Assembly: GCA_964016885.1 (NCBI GenBank)
Contig: OZ024740.1
Location: 408,332,001-408,396,000 of the forward strand
Direction: 5' to 3'
From: Eledone cirrhosa
Lineage: Eukaryota
DNA length: 64,000 nucleotides
Positions 52,291 through 64,000 of this stretch are shown in pieces. Numbering within the stretch: position 1 is the stretch's first letter; each line of letters begins with the position of its first letter. The notes under the pieces were generated by a model that made no database searches, had not been told where the DNA came from, and saw only the letters and a program-made list of their open reading frames with translations. The position numbers were made by a program, and so were the translations under genes.

Positions 52291-53144
52291 CTACTCAAGT
52301 GTTTAAGTACATTGGTGTGGAGAAGGGAAAATTAATGAAATGTTATTGTACCTCTGGGGGTTTTTCTTCTCTTCAGCGATCGAATGTTTGAAAGTACAGG
52401 TGTCATCAACTACTTTTCTTTTACAATATGAGATTTTTTTTTTAAAGAAAAGAGAGGGGAGAATCCCGTTATTTGAAGATGGAATATCTCTTTTTTGTGT
52501 TCAGTAGTGGTTTGTATTTTCTAATAAAAAATTCTTCTTTATATTTTCGGAAATGTTTGTTGTCCAACCATATCTTAAAGAAGGGGAAAATTGTGAAATT
52601 TCCCTTTCAGCATGTTGCAAAGTGTTCACTTTATGTGGTGTTTCTGACAGAGGGGTCTCTAATTTGTTGTTTATGTTCTCGAACTCTGTCATGTAGACCC
52701 GTTATAAATATATATATATATGTGTGTATGTGTGTGTGTTGTATATATCTAAAGAGAGAGAGAAAGACAAAGACACACGCACAAACATATATATCAATAT
52801 ATATCATCATCATCGTTTAACATCCATTTTTCCATGCTAGCATGGGTTAGGCAAGTTGTTCCATTGTGAGACAAGTCAGATCAGATGACCATATCTTGGC
52901 TTCTACAGCTGGATGCTCTTCCTAACACCTACCACATTTGCAATGCTTTTTTATTGTGGCACTAAAACGACCACTTTACCATGTGGACTGGCCAGTTTTT
53001 GTCATTTCAGCAACTGGTTCTACAGAACTCTCTAAGAATTTGATAGTGCTTGTTTCCTCTGAGTTCTTAATACATACTGCTCCCATACATCGACCACATG
53101 TAAAATCTACATTCTTTGCTTGTAAAAAATAACCAGTTTCGATT

Positions 53145-53187
<43 letters not shown>

Positions 53188-53188
<1 letters not shown>

Positions 53189-53400
53189 GCTGGGTAAAGA
53201 AGTGCCAAGAAATCCCAGTAGAAGGAAGACGCAGTGGAGGTAGACCACGAAAAACATGGGCGGATGTGGTGAGAGCTGAAACTCACTGAGGAGATGATGA
53301 AGGACCGTGACAAGTGGAGAGATGCTGTGCTGAATAGGACCCGTCCAACCCTTGCAAGCAGGGAAAAGCGGATGTAAAATGATGATGATGATGATGATGA
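53188..53400 (+). mobile_element. 5'-truncated RTE-2 LINE
   Basis: Matches 8430-8644. Confidence 0.88.
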
Positions 53401-53420
53401 TTTATATATATATATATACT

Positions 53421-55769
53421 TAAAGGAAAGGGATGTTTCTCTTTGTTGAATATAAGTCACCAATTTAGCGGAGAAGTATTTAGAAGTTGGTAAGGTTGCC
53501 ACAAGGAACCAGGTTTGGTAGAAAGATATGATAGGAATATGGACAACGACTTTAGCTTGGTTTTACATTATTTATTAACAGAGGTTGAGCTGGCATGCCA
53601 AGAGAAATAAAACAAATCAATTAAGATTACAAGAGAAAATACGGTTGACTGGCTGAGGCGTTTAGCCAATTCCGTAGTAAAATTGTTGTGTCGTTACATA
53701 TTGTTTGTGCTGGCGGAGCAATAGAACAAGTGGTGTTTACTTTAGCACGGTCTAGCTGGAAGTGATTGCGTCCTCAAATCTTTGCGGGCTATTTCTCCCT
53801 CAGAACGCGTAGGGATACATCCTCTTCTACTGGCGCTGATTGGCCGAGCTGAGCCAAATCACGCACAGAGAATGTATGTGAGCCCGTGGAATGTAGGTCA
53901 CTACATCACCTCCAAGCAGATTTTTAGCTGAAAATCGTTAACGATGAAGCCGAGGACCCACAGATTATTGAATCAGCAAGAACAAATGCTGAAAGAGCAC
54001 ATCAGTGAAAAAATAATTGAGCAGAAAGATGCATGCAAGAAAAAAAAATGAGGCGCGACAGGCCGTGTTGAGCCGCTGTTAAATGACTAGCTGTTTTGTA
54101 GTTTATACGTGACCACCAAAGGTCTACCAGAAAACAGATAAAGTCTGACATGGGCGAAGTTGCTGTTCTTGCATTAAATGTTAATGGTAAGTGTTGTACC
54201 AGTAGCTGTGAACGAAGCTATTATGGTAGTTTACCAGTGCTGGAGGAAAAATGATGGCCTCCCAGATGTATTGCCGAATGTGATAGGGAGCCAGGAAAAA
54301 ATGGCTGGTTGCTTTGATAAGAAAAAAAAAGCAAGTTGAATCTTTAGGTGTGTGTATATATGCAGGCATGTAATACAGCAAAGAAAATGTGTGCGTGTGG
54401 TCACATATACAATGATAGAGAGAAATGAATTTTCATATAATACAGTTTTAAAAAAATAAATGTCCAAAATAAATGCCTGAAAAAAAAAGGAACAAAGAAA
54501 GAATTGTTTCTTTTCCTTTAACAAAAAGTTCGCTTCTTTTTTCTTTGGGATCGCTCTTACTAGGAAGCTAGTAGAGTTGTTGTTGTTAAAGCAAATTCAC
54601 AATGAATCTTCTGTAAAGTCGAAGTCTAGCGTTGAAGAACCTATAGTCACCAACATGGCAGCCACGTCTGACGCCATAATGGTGAGAAAACTAATGTCTT
54701 AATTTCTCAAGTCCTTGTGGCAACGAGACAGAAGGTATGGTGGTTGCGTTGGTAAAGTTACAAGCCGTTTCCTGGTGTTGGTTAATAGTTAGCCATGTGT
54801 TGCTGCTGATGGGTGGTACTTGGTGGTAGCCGTTTTGAAATATCCTCGTGGCGTAAAGTTTTTGAAATACTGCTAATTTTTTTTCAAAAACTATTATAAA
54901 GAAAATTTGAAAATATTCTAAAGAAAAAAAATTATTTTCCATGATGGCCGATCGAAAAATGTGTCCGTGATGAAGAAGCCGTCATGTGGCACGATGCAGC
55001 CAATCAGATGGCTGGGATTGAAGAAGACAAGCTGAACGCGGGAAAACAAAATTTCTGAGTCTCCATTTGTAATTTCAACAGAACACCGAACGCAAAATTC
55101 CACATCCAGAGAAATCCTTTTTCTTTTAATTAATTTTTTTTGTGTTGTATTTTTGTGTTTGTCTGTATGCGTGCTTCAACAAATGGAATATTATGAATTT
55201 TATGGACTTACGCTAAGTGAGTCTAGCTACCCGATTCGAACATTCCAAATGTTAAGCCATTCCACATTGCCGTTAAAACGAATGGCGAATTCAAATAGGC
55301 TGCGTTTTCATGCTTAATCGTCGAGGGTCGCCAATAAAGGAAAGGAATGTTTCTCTTTGTTGAATATAAGTCACCAATTTAGCGGAGAAGTATTTAGAAG
55401 TTGGTAAGGTTGCCACGAGGAACCAGGTTTGGTAGAAAGATATGATAGGAATATGGACAACGACTTTAGCTTGGTTTTACATTATTTATTAACAGAGGTT
55501 GAGCTGGCATGCCAAGAGAAATAAAACAAATCAATTAAGATTACAAGAGAAAATACAGTCGACTGGCTAAGGCGTTTAGCCAATTCCGTAGTAAAATTGT
55601 TGTGTCGTTACATATTGTTTGTGCTGGCGGAGCAATAGAACAAGTGGTGTTTACTTTAGCACGGTCTAGCTGGAAGTGATTGCGTCCTCAAATCTTTGCG
55701 GGCTATTTCTCCCTGAGCCAAATCACGCACAGAGAATGTATGTGAGCCCGCGGAATGTAGGTCACTACA
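53421..55769 (-). mobile_element. Non-autonomous LTR retrotransposon (Ty3/Gypsy-type termini)
   Basis: LTRs at 53421-53905 and 55335-55769. Minus-strand ends TGTAGT..CCTTTA. PBS TGGCGACCCTCG one base after the 5' LTR. TSD TACT on both sides. No long ORF in the 1.43-kb interior. Confidence 0.92.
55322..55333 (-). promoter_or_regulatory. Primer binding site (TGGCGACC, tRNA-Arg-like)
   Basis: Starts TGG one base after the LTR end. The tRNA identity is inferred. Confidence 0.7.
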
Positions 55770-56642
55770 TACTTTTTATACATATATATATATATATATA
55801 TATAGTTGAAGAAGTGGGAGAAGTTCCTTACAACTCAAAGATTATAGGTAAAAAATAAAAGTGAAAAAGTACAGAAGTATATTCAAAGATTTTTTTTAAT
55901 CTGACAATAATGTTCTAATTGTCCACAGAATATGAGAACAAACTTTTTTAAATATTTGATAAGATTGATATACCAATCGAAACTGGTTATTTTTTACAAA
56001 ATTTAAATCCACTCGTTACAATTATAAAATTATTTGTATACTTTGAGTGATCAAAAGCAGCAATAGAACTAAATGGTGGTTTGAACTGTACTTAAGATTA
56101 CTTCATGATAATCCATACAATGTTTTCATTGGTCACATTGGGTGAAATGGTGTGATGGTTCTTTGTCCTGGTGTGTATTAGGAAAGCTACTGGAGAGGAT
56201 AATTCTATCTTTTCAGTGCTTATTATTGATATGATGTCCAAGAGAAGATTTCTCTGAATAGTGAATGTTAAATTTGATAGAATAATATTATATCCTATTG
56301 GTTTCAAATTTTCTGAAAAGATACCTTTTTTTATGGGAACATAGGTTATCTTATATTGCTATTTATATTGCATCTCCACAATGCACACATTGCACCAGTA
56401 TCTTTGACAGATATAACATGCATTTTATTGAGATATTGTCAATACCTCTACTTTTAAATTTTCAGCTTTATTGGGTCAGAAGTATTCTAGATTCTCTGAA
56501 TCTGAAATAAATTCATGTGCTGTATATACCAGGTTTTAAAAGGCTACTCATTGAACTCTATTTAGGTAATTTCAATACCATCTTCTGTGATTTCATACAT
56601 AAATACCTTCAATAGGCATTTTTCATAAAGTTGGTATTTATA

Positions 56643-56871
56643 TATATAACAAAATTTAATATAGAAATGGCTTCTACAGGACTAGAATGTTTCATTCGAA
56701 GGAAATTATCAGGAAAAACCGAGTGCTTTTCCAGATGATTTCCTTTCCTTCGAATGAAACAGTTCTAGTCTTTTGAAGCCATTTCTAAATTAAATTTTGT
56801 TGTATACACTCTACTAATATATTGAGTATCTTACTTACTGTGGTTACCTCTGATTGAACCTGAAACTCACT
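56643..56871 (+). mobile_element. Miniature fold-back PLE-type insertion (family G)
   Basis: Arms ~56643-56716 and ~56727-56807 are inverted, then a ~65-nt tail to (TA)n. Hammerhead-like core C(A/T)GAT(G/A)A..GAAAC. Confidence 0.65.
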
Positions 56872-56882
56872 ATATATATATA

Positions 56883-57085
56883 TGTAACAAAGAGGATGTG
56901 GTAAGATACCAGGTGGACCATAACACACCAGAGTACTCAATACCTAGGGTAGTAGAGTGGGTAATATAAAAAAATTCAGGACCCCGATGGCTGAACTCCA
57001 GCCATTTCGACAGCTAAATCCGAATGTGGATCTAGCTGTCGAAATGGCTGGAGCTCAGCCGTCGAGATCCTGAATCTTTTCATAT
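56883..57085 (-). mobile_element. Miniature fold-back PLE-type insertion (family F)
   Basis: Arms ~56963-57020 and ~57027-57085 are inverted, with an ~80-nt tail on the left. Contains the hammerhead 3' half GAAA-TGGCTG..CAGCCG-TC. Confidence 0.7.
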
Positions 57086-57324
57086 ATATATATATATATG
57101 CCATCTAACCCATGCTAGCGTGGAAGATAGACATTAAATGATGATGATATATATGTATATATATATATATATTCAAGCTGTTGGTGTATGAGGTCTATGG
57201 AATATTTAGGTGTTTGTATTATCTAAACAACTGACCTTCATGCTTTCTTTTGTTGAAACTCTTCTGATATTTGTTTGTTAGGGACAAATGTTTGCAACAG
57301 GAAGTTTAACTTGTCTCAAAACAG

Positions 57325-57900
57325 AATGGGCCATTATTCGATGTGTTCATGAAGTTGAAGTTTGTGAACAAGTAGAGCTTTTTATCTTAAACTCTTAACA
57401 AATGAATTAGGTTACAAAGATTTGGATTATACAGAGACAATGGTTGAGTAGTTTCCTATAACCTGAATGGCCTCCATAGGGACGAATTTAGAAAAGAAAT
57501 GATATGCATATTTATAGAATTCAGTTTGAAATTCATCATCAACATTATTCCAAGAATTGACTACATCAGACAATTGACTACATCTTACTACAGGCAAACA
57601 CTCCCCTTATAGAAAGACACTTGTGGGCACATTACATATATGCAAAACCTCCAGCCATCAAATAAATATTGTATATGGCATATGTGGGAGAATTTTCAAA
57701 ACCTTTAGAACTGTACAGCTGTCTATTATAATGATGTATTATCAAAACGTAGCTTCATTTAGAAAATAGTTGTATAACAGAACCATGAAAAAATAACATA
57801 AGTTGATTCAATCCACCCACAAGTATGAATGTAATCACTAACATAGCCAAGAATTTTCTCTCTCTGTTAAGTAGACAATTCCCAACATGTCAGTGTCACA
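57325..57900 (+). pseudogene. Highly degraded PLE reverse transcriptase remnant
   Basis: Broken frames give PLFDV, EVCEQVELFIL, GLHRDE (GLYRDD), GKHSPYRK and FNPPTSMNVITNIAKNFLSLL. Confidence 0.65.
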
Positions 57901-58009
57901 AGCTCTGCATCACAAATAATTCTGATGTAACCAAAATGTCCATTCATTTAAATCCAGGGATAGAATTAATTGTATCAGGAAACTAAAGGATATTGAATTA
58001 AAAATATTC

Positions 58010-58712
58010 TCATAACCTAGAAACCCACAGATACATCAGATTCCTATACCAACGGAGCTAAAAATTGCATAACTTTTGAAAGGACTTTTCTCTGAAATTT
58101 GGTGACATTTCCTAAAATTTACCATTAAATGTTCACATAACTGATTTTAAAAACATTTTCCTGGTGGCCATGGAAACAGCAGGGGTTGAACAAGGGGTTA
58201 TAAAATTATGATATTTCTTTGAGTGCTCTTGTTATAAAATTTTATTATATAGACTTTGTAACCAAAACAATATCACCAAACAACATTACCAATCTAATGT
58301 ATGTGTTTCGAGTTGCATAGCGACCACGCCATTTCCATGGCAACCACGTGTTTACCATGGCAACAATATTTTATCCATTTTGCAAAATCTTTGAGATTGC
58401 ATTGTTATTTTATTATTAGCAAACTTAGCAATGAGAATGTACATATAAATACTTATCCTTGAAAACTTTCATGGTCATAGGTTTAGTAATTCTGAAAAAA
58501 ATTTATAAAGTACTAAATTTTAACACATCTGGGTACAACTGATGTCAGCAACATTTTTATAAAGCAGAAATGTTTGTCTATCAATGGTATGCATTTCTGC
58601 CAAGTTTCATTGTCATAGCATTAGGGATTCAGGAATAAAGGGGTGGTGGGGGCTGAAGCACCTGCCACCAGACTTACAGCACCCCTAAAATGCTCAGGTT
58701 TTATAGGGTTAA
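58010..58712. mobile_element. Probable non-autonomous DNA transposon ending ATAGGGTTAA
   Basis: Repeated CCATGG(C/A)AAC motifs and a TTAA-type right end. The left end is not resolved. Confidence 0.35.
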
Positions 58713-60079
58713 AATAGCCACACAGATTTTTTTATAAAAAATCTGAGATTCTATCTTAAATTTATTATTATACTGCCGCAAGACAAAATGTTTACTAGTT
58801 CCCTAATAAATCATTCAACTGCAATACCCTCTTTGCTGTAGTAATAATATCCCACTAAATAGCAAAACAATAATATATAACAAAAACACCAAACTTAAAA
58901 ACCCGCTTGTCAACAAGCCATAACCTGCAAGCCACTGAATCAACCTTAGATGACCAATATACTCTGCCACCCTCAAAGATGTAAAGTTCATGATTAAATT
59001 TCACTGACAATGAGTCTTCTATACTGGCACAAGTCCATATAACTTGACCAGTGTTGGGAACTAACAAAACTGTATTTAACTGCATTTAAACCGGCCATAG
59101 TTCTCTCACCTTTTTCTGTTCAAACCAGCCATAACTGGTCACTCATACCGATGTTAAAGTATTGTTCTCAGAATAAATAATATCAAAATCTCAATCTAAT
59201 GTAAGATAATTATGTGACATAAAGCTTTTACTGGGAAAATACAATAGTATGTATAGAGTAATGTAAATGATATAGGGTTAACCAGTGCTCTAAGTGCTTA
59301 CAGCATGGAGTTGTATTTATAAACAGCACCAATTCAAGTTGTGACTTCATTATATTTAGTAGGTATGAGATACATTTTATATTCTATATATCAAATAATA
59401 GATACCAAATCGTCTGTTACATATCCATGGTGGTAAGATTTATTTTTCAATAGCTTATCAACTTGAAACTGTATAGGCATTGATGTTTGTAAGGACTTTT
59501 CACAATTATGTTGTGATTCAATTGCAGATTAAATAATTTTATACAGCTTCCACTAGTATAGGAAAAGGAAATCATTTTTTATAGAAGTGGAATATTTAAC
59601 AGTCTGAAGATAATGTCAAGCATGAAATGTCTGCTGAAGAGTTTTAATTAATGTTATAAACAGACCCACAAAATAAGATTAAATGAATCCAGATCAGTAG
59701 AAGTAAAGATTTAAAAGAGATAAAATAAAGCAGTTATTTCCAAATGAGCAGATATATCTGATGCACTTGTATATATGATATATGGGAATCAATATAGACT
59801 GGATGGTGAAATACTGTGTTACTGGTTTTCATTGTACTGAAGAAGAAAGTAATGGTACATGCACACACACATTTATATCATCATCATCGTGAACTTTGCC
59901 ATCGGAGTCTTAGTTCATTTTAATGAGATATTTAATCACTGAGTTTGTACGATGACTCAGCAGGTAGCCAGTGCAATGAATTTGTCTATCTGAAATAAAT
60001 AAATGGAAAGGATGGACCTCAGATATAACAAAAAACATATGGAATATTTACCACAATTTACTCGTCAGGCATTCAGATG

Positions 60080-60280
60080 TTGCAAGGCCAGCAATTTTTT
60101 GGGGGGAAAGTCCATTAAATCGACCCCAGTGCATGACTAGTACTTTATGTTATCGACCCCATAAGGATGAAAGGCAAAGTTAACCTTGGCAGGATTTGAA
60201 CTCAGATCATAAAGGGTCATAACTCTATGATGCAAAGCATGGTGTCTGACCCTCTATCGACACTGCCAATCCACCACCCT
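60080..60280 (-). mobile_element. SINE family B variant
   Basis: Core and B box on the minus strand. Confidence 0.8.
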
Positions 60281-60594
60281 ATAAAATTTAAATAATAACA
60301 CTAGAATTACTAGCTGGTACAAAAGAGACTATTTCTTCTCATCATGTAATCCTATTTAGCAGAATTAATGCTCAATACTGATACCATTTCATATGAATTA
60401 TCTAACAAAGATGAACCTTACTCAACATTCAATACATCGTATTTAGTATATGTTGAAGGGCATCTAGCCTTAGAAAACCAGCCAGAAACTCCTCTATATG
60501 AATGAGACATGGTCACCCAACCCAACTTGCCTCTAAATGGGACAAACCCATTTAACCCATGCTAGTGTAGAAGATAGGGGTTAATCGATGATGA

Positions 60595-60673
<79 letters not shown>

Positions 60674-60757
60674 AAAGGTAAACAGAAATAACAACACAAT
60701 CGGTACAGTATATGGAAGGAATATATTAGGTTAATGCTTGAAATAGCAGGAAGATGG

Positions 60758-60793
60758 TCTTAACGTTTCGGACGCTATTCCTTCATCAGAAGA
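60758..60793 (-). ncRNA. Minimal type I hammerhead (family E)
   Basis: TCTT-CTGATGA-A-GGA-ATAGCG-TCC-GAAA-CG-T-T-AAGA. The palindromic AACGTT at stem III is as in dimer-cleaving PLE hammerheads. Confidence 0.82.
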
Positions 60794-61720
60794 AAGAATG
60801 AGAAATTAGAAAGATTGAAGGGATGGTCGGGGTGAAATTTGAAAAAATGTTTTTAGAGAAAAATAACAGGTCCATTCATGTTGCCATCTCTTGGAAAACT
60901 GTTATATATATATATATAATGTATAATAAACAATACAATATAATTACCTCATTACCAGAGGTTTCCCGAATAAGACGAATACGAAAAATGTCCTCATTCG
61001 TTCATCGGACAAGGCAATTTAAAACATAGTGAAATATTTGAAAAATCTCCTCAAGAAAGGCAAGAGTTTAATGGGCAAAAAAAATATATAAATAAAAGTA
61101 ATGCAAGAGATATATAAAAAAATAAGGAAATATAGTTAGGGTATGTGTATATGTATGTATATTCACTCACAACTGTACATATGTGTGTATGTACAAATGC
61201 ATGTGTATGGTGAAAATGTGTGCGTAAGTACATATATGAGGGCAAATATATTTGTGTATGTGTGACCACAAATACGTATATAATATGAGTTGAAAAAGAA
61301 ATTGTAAGATAATATAGTTAACATACATCCAGATACAGGTATTAAATATATACACATACGAGTATGAAAGTACGCGTATAAACACACACACACGCGCGCG
61401 CGATCACTTATATGCGGAAGATAAAGAGGGAAGGGAGTGTAATAGTAAAAAGAAGTGTCATTCTCGATATATGTATAAAAATGAAACAATATATGAGAAT
61501 GAAAAAAATTTTTTAAATCAAAGAGAAAGTAAGAGGGAGGGGTTATCAATTAACACTAGAAAAAAGAAAACAAACATAGGTACGCACGTACACACATATA
61601 TATATAAAAATATATATATATAAATACGTACAGACAAAAGTGCATGCATGCGTACATACACACGAGGCACATATATACATATATCGCCACATGTATATCT
61701 AATCACACGTACGTACGCGA

Positions 61721-61795
<75 letters not shown>

Positions 61796-62303
61796 TACAT
61801 ACATTTACACATACATTCACCCACATACATACACACGTATAAATAAGTATGTAAAAATCAGATATAAAAACACACATATATATACGCACGCACACATACG
61901 GAGGCGTTCGTATACATATACAGAACGTATACACACATATGCACACTCACATGCATAGATACAAATTATAAACCAGCCGTATGAATAAATGAGTACAAAT
62001 ATAAAAGCAGCTGCGAAATAACAGAATATATCTGGAGTGGAAAACGCAAGTGACATGTGATATCAGGTAGTGAAAAAAATGGGGAAGTAAAATGTGGAAT
62101 GTGAAGATATTAGGTAAGTGAATCAAAAAGTAGGGGGGGGTTCACTGGTGGATGTGAAGTAAAAATAAAAATAAAATTAAAAATGAAAGTAAATCAGAAA
62201 GAGAAGTCTGTAAAGAGGATAATTTAAGGAAAGTGAAGAACAAGAGTTTATGGAGGATAAGTATCTGAAAGTGAGTTAAGTTTATATGAGCTGGAAAGCA
62301 AGT

Positions 62304-63631
62304 TAAATTTCGCTAGAAAGTTTATCAATATTTCTGATATTGAAGAGAATGTCATCTTGCATGCTAGAAACACTCTACTTTTTACTAATAATGACACTTG
62401 GGTAAAAAAAATCTAACCCAGAGAACCCATTCGATGTCTCAATGGGTTCTTTTGACAGTGCTGATGTTTGTGATTTAGTCGGCTTATTCCTCCTACACAC
62501 ACTTAAAGAGAAATTCCCTAACCATATTTTTGGGCTTTACCGCGACGATGGTCTAATACTTTCCCATACCACCATAGGCCATAACTTAGATAGATAAAGG
62601 AAAGACTTAATAAAAACCTTCGCTAGTTTTAATCTTAAAATTACTATTGACACTAACCTTTCCAATGTTAATTTTCTAGATATAAACGTAGATCTGCCTA
62701 CTGCTTCTTATAAACGATACCATAAACCTAATGAAAATTTAAAATATATAAATAAAGGCTCGTGCCATCCTCCTATAGTTTTTAAAAACCTTATCCCTAA
62801 TATTAGCCGTAGGATCTCCACCCTCTCTTCCTCAGAAGCTATTTTCAATAAGGCATCCCCCTACTATAATAAAGCCCTTCAAAATAGCGGATTTAGCGAA
62901 CCGATTAAGTACATACCCAACAATACTAACTCCTTTAAACATAATAATAGGAAAAGAAAAATAATCTGATTCACACACTCCTACTCTTTAGCAGTTAAAA
63001 CTAATGTAGGCAAAAAATTCCTAGAGTTCTTAGATAAACATTCCCCTAGAACACATAGATACTATAAGATCTTCAATAGAAACTGTGTCAAAATTAGCTA
63101 CTCCTGCGGTCACCCTATTAAATCTTATATCATCAATAAGAAAACACACGGAGAACATCAAAATTGCTCCTGTAGAGTCAAAAGTGAATGCCCATTACAA
63201 GGTAAATGCAACACCAAAGCCATTGTATATGCGGCTAAAGTGACAACCATCAGCAACAACCTACCAGCCACCAGCGAACGATATGTGGGTAGAACACAGA
63301 CAAATTCAAAACGCGTTATTACTCACATGTCGCATCTTTCCAACATCCAGAAAAAAGATTTACAACAGTTCTGGCTAGCAGAATATGGGATTTGAAAGAC
63401 CAAGGTATCCAATATAAATTGGATTGGTCAATTTTGAACCAATCTAAAGAATATGCAAGACGAATAAGAAGATGCGCACTCTGCATAAGTGAAAAATATT
63501 GGATTTTACAGAACCTTAAATCACCAAAAACCTGCCTAAACGCAAAAACAGAAATTTTCACCAGTTGCCCACACATGAAATCACACTTGCTTTCCAGCTC
63601 ATATAAACTTAACTCACTTTCAGATACTTAA
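62304..63631 (+). pseudogene. PLE RT + GIY-YIG pseudogene (Naiad-like)
   Basis: FDVSMGSFDSADVCDLVGLFLL, GLYRDDGL (YRDD 62538-62549), VNFLDI, CSCRVKSECPLQGKC, IVY..YVG, CALCISEK, LNAKTEIFTSCPH. Frameshifts and at least two stops. Confidence 0.93.
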
Positions 63632-64000
63632 CTCACTTTCAGATACTTAACTCACTTTCAGATACTTAACTCACTTTCACTATCCTCCATAAACTCTTGT
63701 TCTTCACTTTCCTTAAATTATCCTCTTTACAGACTTCTCTTTCTGATTTACTTTCATTTTTAATTTTATTTTTATTTTTACTTCACATCCACCAGTGAAC
63801 CTCCCCTCTACTTTTTGATTCACTTACCTAATATCTTCACATTCCACATTTTACTTCCCCATTTTTTTCACTACCTGATACCACTTGTCACTTGCGTTTT
63901 CCACTCCAGATATATTCTGTTGTTTCGCAGCTGCTTTTATATTTGTACTCATTTATTCATACGGCTGGTTTATAATTTGTATCTATGTGTGTTTTTATAT

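Larger units (their letters stand above)
60671..64000 (+). mobile_element. Penelope-like element (family E): 1.63-kb inverted pLTR arm, then truncated RT-GIY-YIG ORF, running off the window
   Basis: 61955-62303 is the reverse complement of ~63585-63987. (TA)n on the left flank. Confidence 0.93.

Noticed and set aside
56098-56600. Possible decayed coding sequence on the minus strand
   Set aside because: Multiple stops and no family I can recognise.
56731-56772. Complete hammerhead in family G
   Set aside because: Core-like motifs are present, but the two arms disagree (CAGATGA vs CTGATAA) and stem I does not close by hand. Kept only as hammerhead-like.
62967-62969. In-frame TGA in a Naiad-like ORF as possible selenocysteine (reported for some Naiads)
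   Set aside because: It aligns to the conserved Trp of W-FNPP, not a Cys. The ORF also has TAA and frameshifts, and I saw no SECIS.

Overview
AT-rich, microsatellite-dense eukaryotic (animal) non-coding DNA. The repeat inventory (tRNA-headed SINEs, RTE LINEs with (GAT)n tails, abundant Penelope-like elements) looks cephalopod/octopus-like, which is my inference. I found no host gene I can support, and nearly all ORF-track entries are microsatellite or repeat artefacts. The dominant signal is about a dozen 5'-truncated Penelope-like retroelement (PLE) insertions, Naiad-like by their RT and GIY-YIG motifs and mostly embedded in (TA)n. They share a fold-back design: an inverted pLTR arm plus a truncated sense copy. 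Hand-folding shows that at least six distinct pLTR families each carry their own type I hammerhead ribozyme. Several of these have non-canonical cores: U4A (CAGANGA), a U.U or A.G pair at 10.1-11.1, CUU/GUU cleavage triplets, and a 78-nt stem II. Also present are a young non-coding LTR element with TG..TA ends, a PBS and a 4-bp TSD; RTE LINE fragments and a SINE that swaps between two RTE tails; a bipartite non-autonomous RTE; a CRE-type endonuclease remnant; hAT and TTAA-type MITEs; Helitron-like pieces; a perfect 45-bp hairpin; and a 72-bp minisatellite. Coordinates were read by eye and boundaries may be off by a few bases.
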